A DNA stretch of 32,000 nucleotides from positions 120,001-152,000 of the forward strand of contig DIRZ01000003.1 of the NCBI GenBank assembly GCA_002421785.1, written 5' to 3'. Below, in pieces: positions 1 to 6,549 of this stretch. Every line of letters begins with the position of its first letter. Positions within the stretch are counted from its first letter, which is position 1. The position numbers were made by a program, and so were the translations under genes. The DNA is from Candidatus Saccharimonadota bacterium (lineage in GTDB: Bacteria > Patescibacteriota > Saccharimonadia > Saccharimonadales > Saccharimonadaceae). A model generated the notes under the pieces. It was not told where the DNA came from. It was given only the letters and a program-made list of their open reading frames with translations, and made no database searches.

Positions 1-274
1 CTGGGCGCTCAAGAACTTGTAGTTTATTTTCGATAAAGCTGGTTGCGACCGCCTTACTGAGGGCGTTTTCTAGCGTTTCCTGGGCTAATACATTCGGGTC
101 GACGTTCTTCGCCACCATTTCTAGCGGCACATGACCTTTACGAAAGCCTGGGACTTTCGTGTCTTTAGATAATTTTTTTAGGGCAACTTGCTCAGCGTCG
201 GCAAGCTCATCCTTGGTGACAGAAATCGTCACGAGGACGCGGGTGTCGGATACATGTTTAACAGAACTCTTCAT
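1..274 (-). CDS. tig: Trigger factor, N-terminal part (gene runs off the window start)
   Basis: Not in the ORF track because it is partial. Hand translation of the reverse strand from ATG 274..272 gives MKSSVKHVSDTRVLVTISVTKDELADAEQVALKKLSKDTKVPGFRKGHVPLEMVAKNVDPNVL.... This contains the trigger-factor signature GFRxGxxP, and the frame stays open to position 1. Confidence 0.8.
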   Translation of the reverse strand, partial: MKSSVKHVSDTRVLVTISVTKDELADAEQVALKKLSKDTKVPGFRKGHVPLEMVAKNVDPNVLAQETLENALSKAVATSFIENKLQVLERP

Positions 275-310
275 AATAACGCATTATAACAGATAAGCGC
301 CCGGCTGTCG

Positions 311-886
311 CTATTTGTACTGGAAGCAGATTCCGCCACGCATACCATACGTATCACGCTGCACAATCGTTCCAGCTGGGTTTAAGCCACATCGCGTCAT
401 CTCGGCGTTGAAGGAACTAGTATCTGCCGCGGTAGGGCTCTGCTGGCTATAAAAGACCATCGCCTTATCAGTGCCCATAGAATAGAGCATTAACGACTGG
501 TTATAGGTCGCCGTAGGATAGGTGGGGTTCTGTGGCAACTTAGCCATAAACCCTGCAGGCAAGTAGCCACTCGCCACCAGTGTATCCTCGACTGTACAGG
601 TATATGTGCCGATTGCCGCCCAGCCTTCCGCGCCGTTCGCACATTCCGTTGCGGCCCCGATGGCAGTAGAAGAGCCAGAGCCGCCGCGCGGCAATCGTCC
701 GGCCTTGCTGGCAAATAGCTGGATCGCATCAGCAACTTTATCGGCGGCATCACGCACGCGGACATCCTGAGCCTGCGTCTGTGCGTTCATATACATCACC
801 GCGGTAAGAGTCGCCAAAATCGCCACAACGACGATAACAATGAGAATCTCAACGATAGTAAACCCTTGCTTGGCGCGAACGTTCAT
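311..886 (-). CDS. Type IV pilin-like protein (prepilin-type N-terminal cleavage/methylation domain)
   Basis: ORF 311..904. The sequence MNVRAKQG/FTIVEILIVIVVVAILATL is the classic class III signal peptide (G-FTxxE plus a hydrophobic helix). There are four Cys in the C-terminal globular part. I prefer ATG 886 over the track's TTG at 904 because TATAGT sits 6 nt upstream of it. Confidence 0.8.
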   Translation of the reverse strand: MNVRAKQGFTIVEILIVIVVVAILATLTAVMYMNAQTQAQDVRVRDAADKVADAIQLFASKAGRLPRGGSGSSTAIGAATECANGAEGWAAIGTYTCTVEDTLVASGYLPAGFMAKLPQNPTYPTATYNQSLMLYSMGTDKAMVFYSQQSPTAADTSSFNAEMTRCGLNPAGTIVQRDTYGMRGGICFQYK

Positions 887-907
887 GAATCTACTATAGC
901 ACAAGCA

Positions 908-2257
908 CTATGCAGCGATATCTAGGTCGAATTCTTCGTCTTCGCTACTTCGCTTGATTCGATGATCTTTCACAGCGCTCACAACACGCTCGAGGCTGAA
1001 TTTTTGCTCGGTGCCCGTGATAATATTCTTTATCGTAAAGACTTCACTTTTTAGTTCTGTTTCACCCACAAACATAACATAGGGAATGCCTTTTTTATCC
1101 GCGGTTTTTAGCTGCTTATCAATCTTGCGATCAGTAAAGTCGAGCTCAACGTTCACGCCTTCCGCGCGCAGCTCCTTGGCAACGAGCATGGCACCGCGTA
1201 GTGATTCACCAATCACTATCATGTACACGTCTGTCGATGAATATAGCCTTGGTAAAAGATTATGGGTTTCAAGGAACAATTGCATCATCGTCAGCCCCGG
1301 AGCAAACCCAACCGCCGTTACCGGCTCGGCGCCAAACAGTCCCACCAGGCCGCTATATCGCCCACCGCCAAAAAGTGAACGGTTGTTTTCGGGGTGCGTG
1401 TCAAAGAATTCAAATACCGTGCCCGTATAGTAATCAAGTCCGCGCATCAGGGTAATATCAAATGTTGCGTTGCGCACACCGGCACGCTCAAGGTAGGTGA
1501 ACAACTCTTGGATTTCACGAACAGGCTCGCTGTCACGAATACTTTCAGGCAGGTCGGCCATTGTCTTAGCGGCGAGCAACTGCGCAATGCGCTGTAGACC
1601 GGTGGCGGCCGCTTCCGGTCCATAGATATCAATCGCCTGGTCGCGGAAGGATTCTGGTGCAATTTTGTTCTTTCGATCAAAAAGCTTCATCATCAGCTGA
1701 GCCTGAACAGCGTCAAGCCCCAGGTAGTGTGCCATCATGTAGTCGATAATCTTACGGTTGTTGATACGCACCACAAACATATCGTCAGTCGCGCCGAATG
1801 CGCGCATGATATCGACGCCCATCGTAATAACCTCGGCCTCAGCAAGAGCACCGTCAAGTCCGAATACATCGCAGTTAAGCTGCCAAAACTCACGCTCCCG
1901 ACCACGCTGCGGTCGCTCGTAGCGCATAAATTGAGCAATACTATACCAACGCGCCGGAAAAGGGATTTCCTGTACTCGATTTGCGATCATGCGACTCACG
2001 CTTGGAGTCATTTCAGGGCGGATAGCCACGCGCCGTTCACCTCGGTCGATAAACTGATACGTCTGTTCGGTTACAAGTTCTTGTCCACTTTTAGCTGCGT
2101 AAATATCAATTGGTTCAAGGAGCGGCGTATCATAGGCTTCATAGCCATACCCTTTGACAATTTTGCGCCAGGTACGAAATATATAATTGCGTACACGCAT
2201 ATCTTCTGGATACCAGTCGCGTGCACCCTTGTATGGTTCGCTACTAAGTGAGCTCAT
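908..2257 (-). CDS. hisS: Histidine--tRNA ligase
   Basis: 449 aa. The class II HisRS motifs are visible (AIRPEMTPSVSRM; RYERPQRGREREFWQLNCDVFG), followed by a C-terminal anticodon-binding-like region. Confidence 0.92.
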   Translation of the reverse strand: MSSLSSEPYKGARDWYPEDMRVRNYIFRTWRKIVKGYGYEAYDTPLLEPIDIYAAKSGQELVTEQTYQFIDRGERRVAIRPEMTPSVSRMIANRVQEIPFPARWYSIAQFMRYERPQRGREREFWQLNCDVFGLDGALAEAEVITMGVDIMRAFGATDDMFVVRINNRKIIDYMMAHYLGLDAVQAQLMMKLFDRKNKIAPESFRDQAIDIYGPEAAATGLQRIAQLLAAKTMADLPESIRDSEPVREIQELFTYLERAGVRNATFDITLMRGLDYYTGTVFEFFDTHPENNRSLFGGGRYSGLVGLFGAEPVTAVGFAPGLTMMQLFLETHNLLPRLYSSTDVYMIVIGESLRGAMLVAKELRAEGVNVELDFTDRKIDKQLKTADKKGIPYVMFVGETELKSEVFTIKNIITGTEQKFSLERVVSAVKDHRIKRSSEDEEFDLDIAA

Positions 2258-2313
2258 AGTGTGTATAGTGTTGCATTTTTTAGCAAATATTGCAAGCTTA
2301 AGAATTTTTTGGC

Positions 2314-2343
2314 AATAAAAAGTCCCTCCATGTTGTAGGGGGG
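2314..2343 (-). terminator. Intrinsic terminator (AT-rich backbone type) downstream of CDS 2392..2898
   Basis: The reverse strand reads CCCCCC-TACAACAT-GGAGGG-AC-TTTTTATTGCC, a 6-bp stem followed by a T-run. Confidence 0.55.
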
Positions 2344-2348
2344 TGGGC

Positions 2349-2378
2349 GACCCGGCACGACGGGGGTCGTGCCGGGTC
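2349..2378 (-). terminator. GC-only perfect hairpin just after the stop of CDS 2392..2898
   Basis: GACCCGGCACGAC-GGGG-GTCGTGCCGGGTC is a 13-bp perfect stem with a 4-nt loop and no T-tail, the style of high-GC actinobacterial terminators. Confidence 0.6.
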
Positions 2379-2391
2379 TAACCCGACTGAG

Positions 2392-2898
2392 TCAGCTGGC
2401 TGCCGTGGCGGGAACCTGCTTGTTCCGTACCACGGACGGCTTGGCTGGCTTCTTGCGGAGGGTGATGGGGTTCGAGCGCGCGGGACGCCGGTCGTGCTGC
2501 GCCTTGTTGGCGGTGGCCTCCAGCGACTTGGCGAAGAACATCGCCGCGAAGCGGTAGACGCCCGGGGTGATCTCGACGGGGTAGCCGTTGGGCCCGAGTA
2601 CGTCCAGCATTCCGGGCAGGTGATCGGGTGCCTCCTCGATGACGGCAGCCACTCGACCCATCGGCTTGAGGCCGCGTGCCGCCCTTGCAGCGTTGTGCTC
2701 CTCGAGGTCGAAGACCAAGAACTGCCAGTACATGACCCGCAGAGCCTCGTACACGGCGGCAGTGACTGGCTTTACGCCGTCGGGGTTGCCGGGAACGGGG
2801 TTGTACGCGTACGTGCCGGTTGCGGACCGAACGGCGAAATTGCCTTCCCAGACACGCTTGACGTGCGCCAGGCGTGCCATTACGGGATCGTTGCCCAT
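2392..2898 (-). CDS. Hypothetical protein, GC-rich islet a (168 aa, no Cys, basic disordered tail)
   Basis: ORF track. GAGGAG lies 6 nt upstream of the ATG, most codons end in G/C when translated by hand, and the amino-acid composition is protein-like. The overlapping plus-strand ORFs are R/G/P-rich nonsense. I recognise no family. Confidence 0.7.
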   Translation of the reverse strand: MGNDPVMARLAHVKRVWEGNFAVRSATGTYAYNPVPGNPDGVKPVTAAVYEALRVMYWQFLVFDLEEHNAARAARGLKPMGRVAAVIEEAPDHLPGMLDVLGPNGYPVEITPGVYRFAAMFFAKSLEATANKAQHDRRPARSNPITLRKKPAKPSVVRNKQVPATAAS

Positions 2899-2948
2899 GA
2901 ATTACTCCTCAGTAGTCGGGTTCGTGGTGTTGCCAAAACGGCAGCACA

Positions 2949-4014
2949 AAGTACGGAATATACTAGGACACCCACTAACTCCCAGTAGCTAAAATAGATT
3001 CATGCAGGCTAAGAAATACATTGGTTTGAGCGACGCGGAGCGGAGCGAAATAGAGATCTTAAAATGTAAAGGATACAGCATACGCAAGATAGCTGAGGTG
3101 CTCGGGCGAAGCCCGAACACCATCAGCCGAGAGATTAAGGTTAATAGCGTAGCTGGTGAGTACACTGCCAAAAAAGCCAAGGCGAAGAGTCGAGTGTCTA
3201 GGCGTAGTCGACGGTACCAGTGGCAGAAGATCGAGAACTACCCCGCGCTTTGGTTGTTCGTAGCTGAGCACTTAGCTCCTCCATACGACTGGAGTCCGCG
3301 AGCAATCTCGGGCTACTTAAGAACGCAGCAGACCATACTGCCATATGTCAGTACGACGCAAATCTATGCTTGGCTTTACAGCTCTAGAGGGCAGCCATAC
3401 TGCCAATACCTCTACTCCGAAAGATACCACCCAAGGAGGCGCCACAAAAACAAGACCGAGCGTGTCATGATTCCCGACCGTGTATCTATTACAGAGCGGC
3501 CAGTGGCTGCTCTGGACCGTTTTGAATCAGGACACTGCGAATACGACTCAATCGTAAGTACTAAGCGTAGCAAGAGTACGGCTGCACTCGCTGTGCTTCA
3601 AGAAAGAACAACGCGGCTCGTGTGTGTAAAGCTTGTTCCCAGCCTCAAGCCAGCGCCGTATGCTGCAGCCATCGTACGGCTTGCTAGCGGGCTGAGAGTA
3701 TACACCATGACAACCGACAACGGCATTGAGAACAAACAGCATAAACTCATTACTGAGAAGACGGGCGCGCCCGTCTTCTTTACTGACCCATACTCCAGTT
3801 GGCAAAAAGGTGGCGTTGAGAATGCCAACAAAATGATCCGACGCTACTTCCCTAAGGGCACTGACTTTAGCGCAGTGAGCCAAGCGGAGATAGACGAAGT
3901 TGTTACTCGCATAAACAACAAGCCGAGGCAGTGCCTCGGCTTTAAAAGTGCGTTACAATGTGCAGTAGAGAAAGGTTTATTGCTGGACGTAGTGTCCTAG
4001 TAATGACCGTACTT
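2949..4014 (+). mobile_element. IS30-family insertion sequence (about 1066 bp)
   Basis: The terminal inverted repeats are AAGTACGGaatatACTAGGACAC (2949..2971) and the reverse complement of 3992..4014, AAGTACGGtcattACTAGGACAC. They flank a single IS30-type transposase gene. I could not see a clear target-site duplication. Confidence 0.85.
3002..4000 (+). CDS. IS30-family transposase
   Basis: 332 aa. There is an N-terminal HTH (YSIRKIAEVLGRSPNTISREI) and a DDE core with the typical DNGIEN ... FFTDPYSSWQKGGVENANKMIRRYFPKG motif. Confidence 0.92.
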   Translation: MQAKKYIGLSDAERSEIEILKCKGYSIRKIAEVLGRSPNTISREIKVNSVAGEYTAKKAKAKSRVSRRSRRYQWQKIENYPALWLFVAEHLAPPYDWSPRAISGYLRTQQTILPYVSTTQIYAWLYSSRGQPYCQYLYSERYHPRRRHKNKTERVMIPDRVSITERPVAALDRFESGHCEYDSIVSTKRSKSTAALAVLQERTTRLVCVKLVPSLKPAPYAAAIVRLASGLRVYTMTTDNGIENKQHKLITEKTGAPVFFTDPYSSWQKGGVENANKMIRRYFPKGTDFSAVSQAEIDEVVTRINNKPRQCLGFKSALQCAVEKGLLLDVVS

Positions 4015-4035
4015 AAGTCAGACATCCATTCTATT

Positions 4036-4064
4036 ATTATACCTGATAACATTCGAAATGTCAA
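4036..4064 (-). promoter_or_regulatory. Perfect consensus sigma70-type promoter firing leftward into the IS30 right end
   Basis: The reverse strand reads aTATTGACA-tttcgaatgttatcagg(17)-TATAAT. The -10 box ends 22 nt before IS30 IRR, and there is no ORF between the promoter and the IS. Confidence 0.6.
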
Positions 4065-4126
4065 TATGCTTATGTTCAAAAACCCAACAACGTTCAGCTG
4101 AACCGCACTGTCACCAGAGGTCGTAT

Positions 4127-4654
4127 TTATGACAAGTGGTGCTGCTGTAGCCACACATACATGGCTATGCCGGCGGCAACCCCCACATTAACGCTCCGTG
4201 TACTTCCCAACTGCTCAATGGCCACGATTCGTGAAGCGCTACGCAGCAGCTCCTCGCTAATGCCCGGTCCTTCTGCGCCAAACAGCAAGACTGGTTTAGC
4301 TGGTAGTTTCGTATGGTGAAGTGGCTCGCTTCCTGCTACATTATCGACTGCAATCAGTGTTTTATCTTGGACTGCTTTCATAAACTCATGCGGTGTCGCG
4401 TAATAGTGAATGTGCAGATATTTATCTGTCATCATGGCACCGCGCTTATTCCACTGCTTACGGCCAATCACATGGAGGTGTCGCACCCCGAAAGCGTTGG
4501 CATTGCGTACGATAGTGCCCATATTGAAGTCGCGTTCGACATTTTCGATTGCGATTTCGAGCTCAATCGGCGAACGATCCAGGTCTGCAACAATTTGCTC
4601 GTGCGGAACACCCTTGTATTTATCGATGACGTTTCGCCTATCTTGTGTTGTCAT
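4127..4654 (-). CDS. TrmH/SpoU-family RNA 2'-O-methyltransferase
   Basis: 175 aa. SpoU motifs are present: NMGTIVRNANAFGV, LLFGAEGPGIS and IEQLGSTRSVNVGVAAGIAMY. Confidence 0.8.
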   Translation of the reverse strand: MTTQDRRNVIDKYKGVPHEQIVADLDRSPIELEIAIENVERDFNMGTIVRNANAFGVRHLHVIGRKQWNKRGAMMTDKYLHIHYYATPHEFMKAVQDKTLIAVDNVAGSEPLHHTKLPAKPVLLFGAEGPGISEELLRSASRIVAIEQLGSTRSVNVGVAAGIAMYVWLQQHHLS

Positions 4655-5316
4655 GACTGAGTATTACTCCCAAGTACGTCGAGAATTATCGAGCTATCAC
4701 TCACCGTTAAACGCGTCAAAGACGCGTTCGACAATCGCGTTTTGTATACCCACTCTTGATCATAGCCTTTTATTTGGGCGACAAGCGCCTTAATCGCGGT
4801 TTCGTGAGTAACAATCAATCCACATTCGGGCAGCATAATCCCCCGCGCAGCTTCATAGGCTGCATCTTCGCGTGGAGTGTATCGCACCAAATTACCCATG
4901 CGACATACAGCCGCTTTCATTCGCTCACCGACCTCAGCTACCGACTCACCACCCGGTAGTTTAAAGTTCTTGCCTCGTTGCGCAATCTGTTCAAGTCGCT
5001 CAGGCGTATACGTCTCTATGCGTGATTGCCCTTCGAATGCCCCCTGTGACAGTTCTTGGAATGCAGGGTCAATCACCACCCTTCCCCGATAGTTCATTTG
5101 ACGTAATGCGTACGCAGCGGTGTCCATAGTGCGCACCGCAGGTGAAACCGCCACGAGCGATGGCCTGATGAGCATACGCGCCATGTATGCCCCGGCACGT
5201 TTTGCCTGATTGACACCTAATTCGCTCAATGGCGATTCGGGTGTACGACCACCAATCAGCTCTGGGCGTAAATTCGCCTGGGATTGGCCGTGTCGAAGTA
5301 GGTATAGTAGCGCCAT
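4651..5316 (-). CDS. Histidine phosphatase family protein (phosphoglycerate-mutase-like)
   Basis: 221 aa beginning MALLYLLRHGQSQAN (RHG catalytic motif). It overlaps the downstream trmH-like start by 4 nt. Confidence 0.75.
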   Translation of the reverse strand: MALLYLLRHGQSQANLRPELIGGRTPESPLSELGVNQAKRAGAYMARMLIRPSLVAVSPAVRTMDTAAYALRQMNYRGRVVIDPAFQELSQGAFEGQSRIETYTPERLEQIAQRGKNFKLPGGESVAEVGERMKAAVCRMGNLVRYTPREDAAYEAARGIMLPECGLIVTHETAIKALVAQIKGYDQEWVYKTRLSNASLTRLTVSDSSIILDVLGSNTQS

Positions 5317-5337
5317 AGCTATCCATTATGCCACAGC

Positions 5338-5361
5338 AATAAAAAAATACCCATGCGGGTA
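5338..5361 (-). terminator. Intrinsic terminator downstream of CDS 5506..5994
   Basis: The reverse strand reads TACCC-GCAT-GGGTA-TTTTTTTATTGC. It ends with the same TTTTTATTGC tail as the terminator at 2314..2343. Confidence 0.55.
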
Positions 5362-5505
5362 TAGGGGGGTGCTTACCCCAGGAGATGAACGGCGATGCGA
5401 GGACGAGAACACATTGTCTCGTCAGCACGTCCATCCCCCGGGGGTTCACACACTACTTGTATCGTTCAATCGTTACCGAGCGGCGGCGATCAAATGAGGA
5501 TGAGC

Positions 5506-5994
5506 TCAGACGTTGGCCGGCTTCTTGCCGAACACCTGCATCGGGTTCGGCACAGTGGTCGGGGACTTGACCGGGGCGGCGGAGCTGGGCTGCGTGTTGC
5601 TGCGGTACAGCTGGTTGCCGGCCCAGTACAGGGCCTCCTGGGCCCACTGCGACGCCGCCAGGGCGGCTTCGGCCGTGGCCTTGTCGTCGAAGAACGGCTT
5701 GTTCTTCTTGGTGGCGGCTTCGGCGGCGACGTGGATGGCACCCTTCAGGACCTTGCCCGTGCGGCTTTTGACCGCCCGTGCTGCCCTGAACTCCTCCATG
5801 ACGGAGAGGAAGATGACTCGCTGGGGATCATCGTCCTTCATCTTGGTGACGTCCATGGTGATGCCCTTGTTGCACTCGACGTGCTTCATCGCCATGAGGA
5901 TCTGGGGGTCGCGCTGCGCGGCGAGGCGCAGGTACTCGTCCTTGGCCTGGGTCCTGGTGCCGCCTCCGACGATGTGACGCGTGCGGTTAGGCAT
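5506..5994 (-). CDS. Hypothetical protein, GC-rich islet b (162 aa from MPNRTRH)
   Basis: ORF 5506..6006. I prefer the second ATG (5994) because GGAGG lies 5 nt upstream of it. Nearly every codon ends in G/C. The antisense ORFs 5395..6087 and 5513..5977 look like high-GC artefacts. I recognise no family. Confidence 0.7.
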   Translation of the reverse strand: MPNRTRHIVGGGTRTQAKDEYLRLAAQRDPQILMAMKHVECNKGITMDVTKMKDDDPQRVIFLSVMEEFRAARAVKSRTGKVLKGAIHVAAEAATKKNKPFFDDKATAEAALAASQWAQEALYWAGNQLYRSNTQPSSAAPVKSPTTVPNPMQVFGKKPANV

Positions 5995-6091
5995 GGTGAC
6001 CTCCATCCCTTCCCATTAGGGGAAGATTGTAGTGTGTTGAAAACTGCTGATTCCATGCGGGCGAAATGCCTCGTCATGTCATCGTGAAAGC

Positions 6092-6120
6092 ATTGTAGCA
6101 TAAACATGATAATTTGTCAA
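6092..6120 (-). promoter_or_regulatory. Near-consensus promoter for islet-b CDS
   Basis: The reverse strand reads gTATTGACA-aattatcatgtttatgc(17)-TACAAT, about 95 nt upstream of ATG 5994. Confidence 0.6.
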
Positions 6121-6150
6121 TACTATGATATCAAAATGGCGTATTCCTCA

Positions 6151-6179
6151 TTGATTACACCCCTGTTGCATGATATGAT
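6151..6179 (+). promoter_or_regulatory. Promoter of tRNA-Leu(CAG)
   Basis: TTGATT-acacccctgttgcatga(17)-TATGAT, ending 11 nt before the first tRNA nucleotide. Confidence 0.55.
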
Positions 6180-6190
6180 ACTGATAGCAT

Positions 6191-6277
6191 GCGGATGTGG
6201 CGGAATTGGTAGACGCGCTAGCTTCAGGTGCTAGTGCCCTTCGGGGCGTGGAGGTTCAAGTCCTCTTATCCGCACCA
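6191..6277 (+). tRNA. tRNA-Leu (anticodon CAG), CCA encoded
   Basis: Hand fold: acceptor GCGGATG/TATCCGC, anticodon stem CTAGC/GCTAG with loop TTCAGGT (CAG), a long variable arm GCCCTTCGGGGC, T arm GGAGG-TTCAAGT-CCTCT, and terminal ACCA. Confidence 0.9.
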
Positions 6278-6315
6278 GAATAAGAACCCAGGTTATACAC
6301 CTGGGTTTTTATTCT
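6277..6315 (+). terminator. Long hairpin terminator after tRNA-Leu(CAG)
   Basis: AGAATAAGAACCCAGGT-tatac-ACCTGGGTTTTTATTCT is a 17-bp stem with one mismatch, and the T-run lies within and after the 3' arm. Confidence 0.7.
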
Positions 6316-6346
6316 GGCTCTGTTTGGTGATTTTGAGCCTTCACCC

Positions 6347-6467
6347 CGGGGCGTGGAGGTGAGAACTGCCTGTGGCAGTTCGGAAACGAACCTTCCGATG
6401 AAAGCTGTGCTTTCAGTCGTAAAGTTCGGGGGTCGCCTAAGGTGACTAAGTCCTCTTATCCGCACCA
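6347..6467 (+). other. Partial duplicate of the tRNA-Leu(CAG) 3' end, split in the T-loop by an 87-nt structured insert (candidate tRNA-like ncRNA or att remnant)
   Basis: CGGGGCGTGGAGGT (6347..6360) equals 6242..6255, and AAGTCCTCTTATCCGCACCA (6448..6467) equals 6258..6277. In the tRNA these two blocks are 2 nt apart; here they are separated by 6361..6447, which forms three hairpins. No matching 5' acceptor strand lies upstream, so this is not a complete tRNA. Confidence 0.5.
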
Positions 6468-6469
6468 TA

Positions 6470-6501
6470 GTAAATGCCCGGGGAATTCCTCGGGCATTTA
6501 C
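6470..6501 (+). terminator. Hairpin terminator after the tRNA-like fragment
   Basis: GTAAATGCCCG-gggaattcct-CGGGCATTTAC is an 11-bp stem followed by TTTGG on the plus strand. The T-tail is better on plus than on minus. Confidence 0.55.
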
Positions 6502-6549
6502 TTTGGTGGTATACCTGCAATGAACCGGCGATATACATGCTTGTTATGC

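Noticed and set aside
490-765. Nested and overlapping small ORFs inside confirmed genes (e.g. 490..765, 1086..1430, 1727..2251, 15002..15457, 27169..27768, 27775..28221)
   Set aside because: Each lies wholly within, or antisense to, a strongly supported housekeeping gene, and none has translation signals.
2339-2391. Integron-like attC site downstream of islet a (GTTAGAC fits the GTTRRRY core)
   Set aside because: Only a single core-like heptamer is present. It has no partner inverse core in the proper arrangement, there is no integrase and no array, and the other islets lack it. It is probably coincidental.
2494-2992. Long plus-strand ORFs (2494..2988, 2639..2992) antisense to islet a
   Set aside because: They are typical high-GC shadow ORFs. 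Their composition is R/G/A/P-rich, they have no SD or promoter, and the minus-strand frame has the SD, the codon bias and the terminators.
2939-4024. Target-site duplication flanking the IS30 element
   Set aside because: The flanks (gcagcac/aagtcag) show no convincing 2-3 bp or longer direct repeat, so I do not report one.
4092-4103. 12-bp perfect palindrome GTTCAGCTGAAC between trmH-like stop and the leftward promoter
   Set aside because: It is too short and loop-less to call a terminator or operator with any confidence. It contains a PvuII-type site and may be chance.
5395-6087. 230-aa and 154-aa plus-strand ORFs, plus minus-strand ORFs 5453..5647 and 5490..5741, overlapping islet b
   Set aside because: Their composition is that of antisense or off-frame translation of GC-rich DNA (runs of R, G, L, P). 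Only frame 5506..5994 has a protein-like composition, a GGAGG SD and G/C third positions.
6256-6468. 70-aa minus-strand ORF across the tRNA-Leu 3' end and the tRNA-like fragment
   Set aside because: It overlaps a tRNA gene and two terminator hairpins and has no SD. The region is better explained as RNA or repeat sequence.
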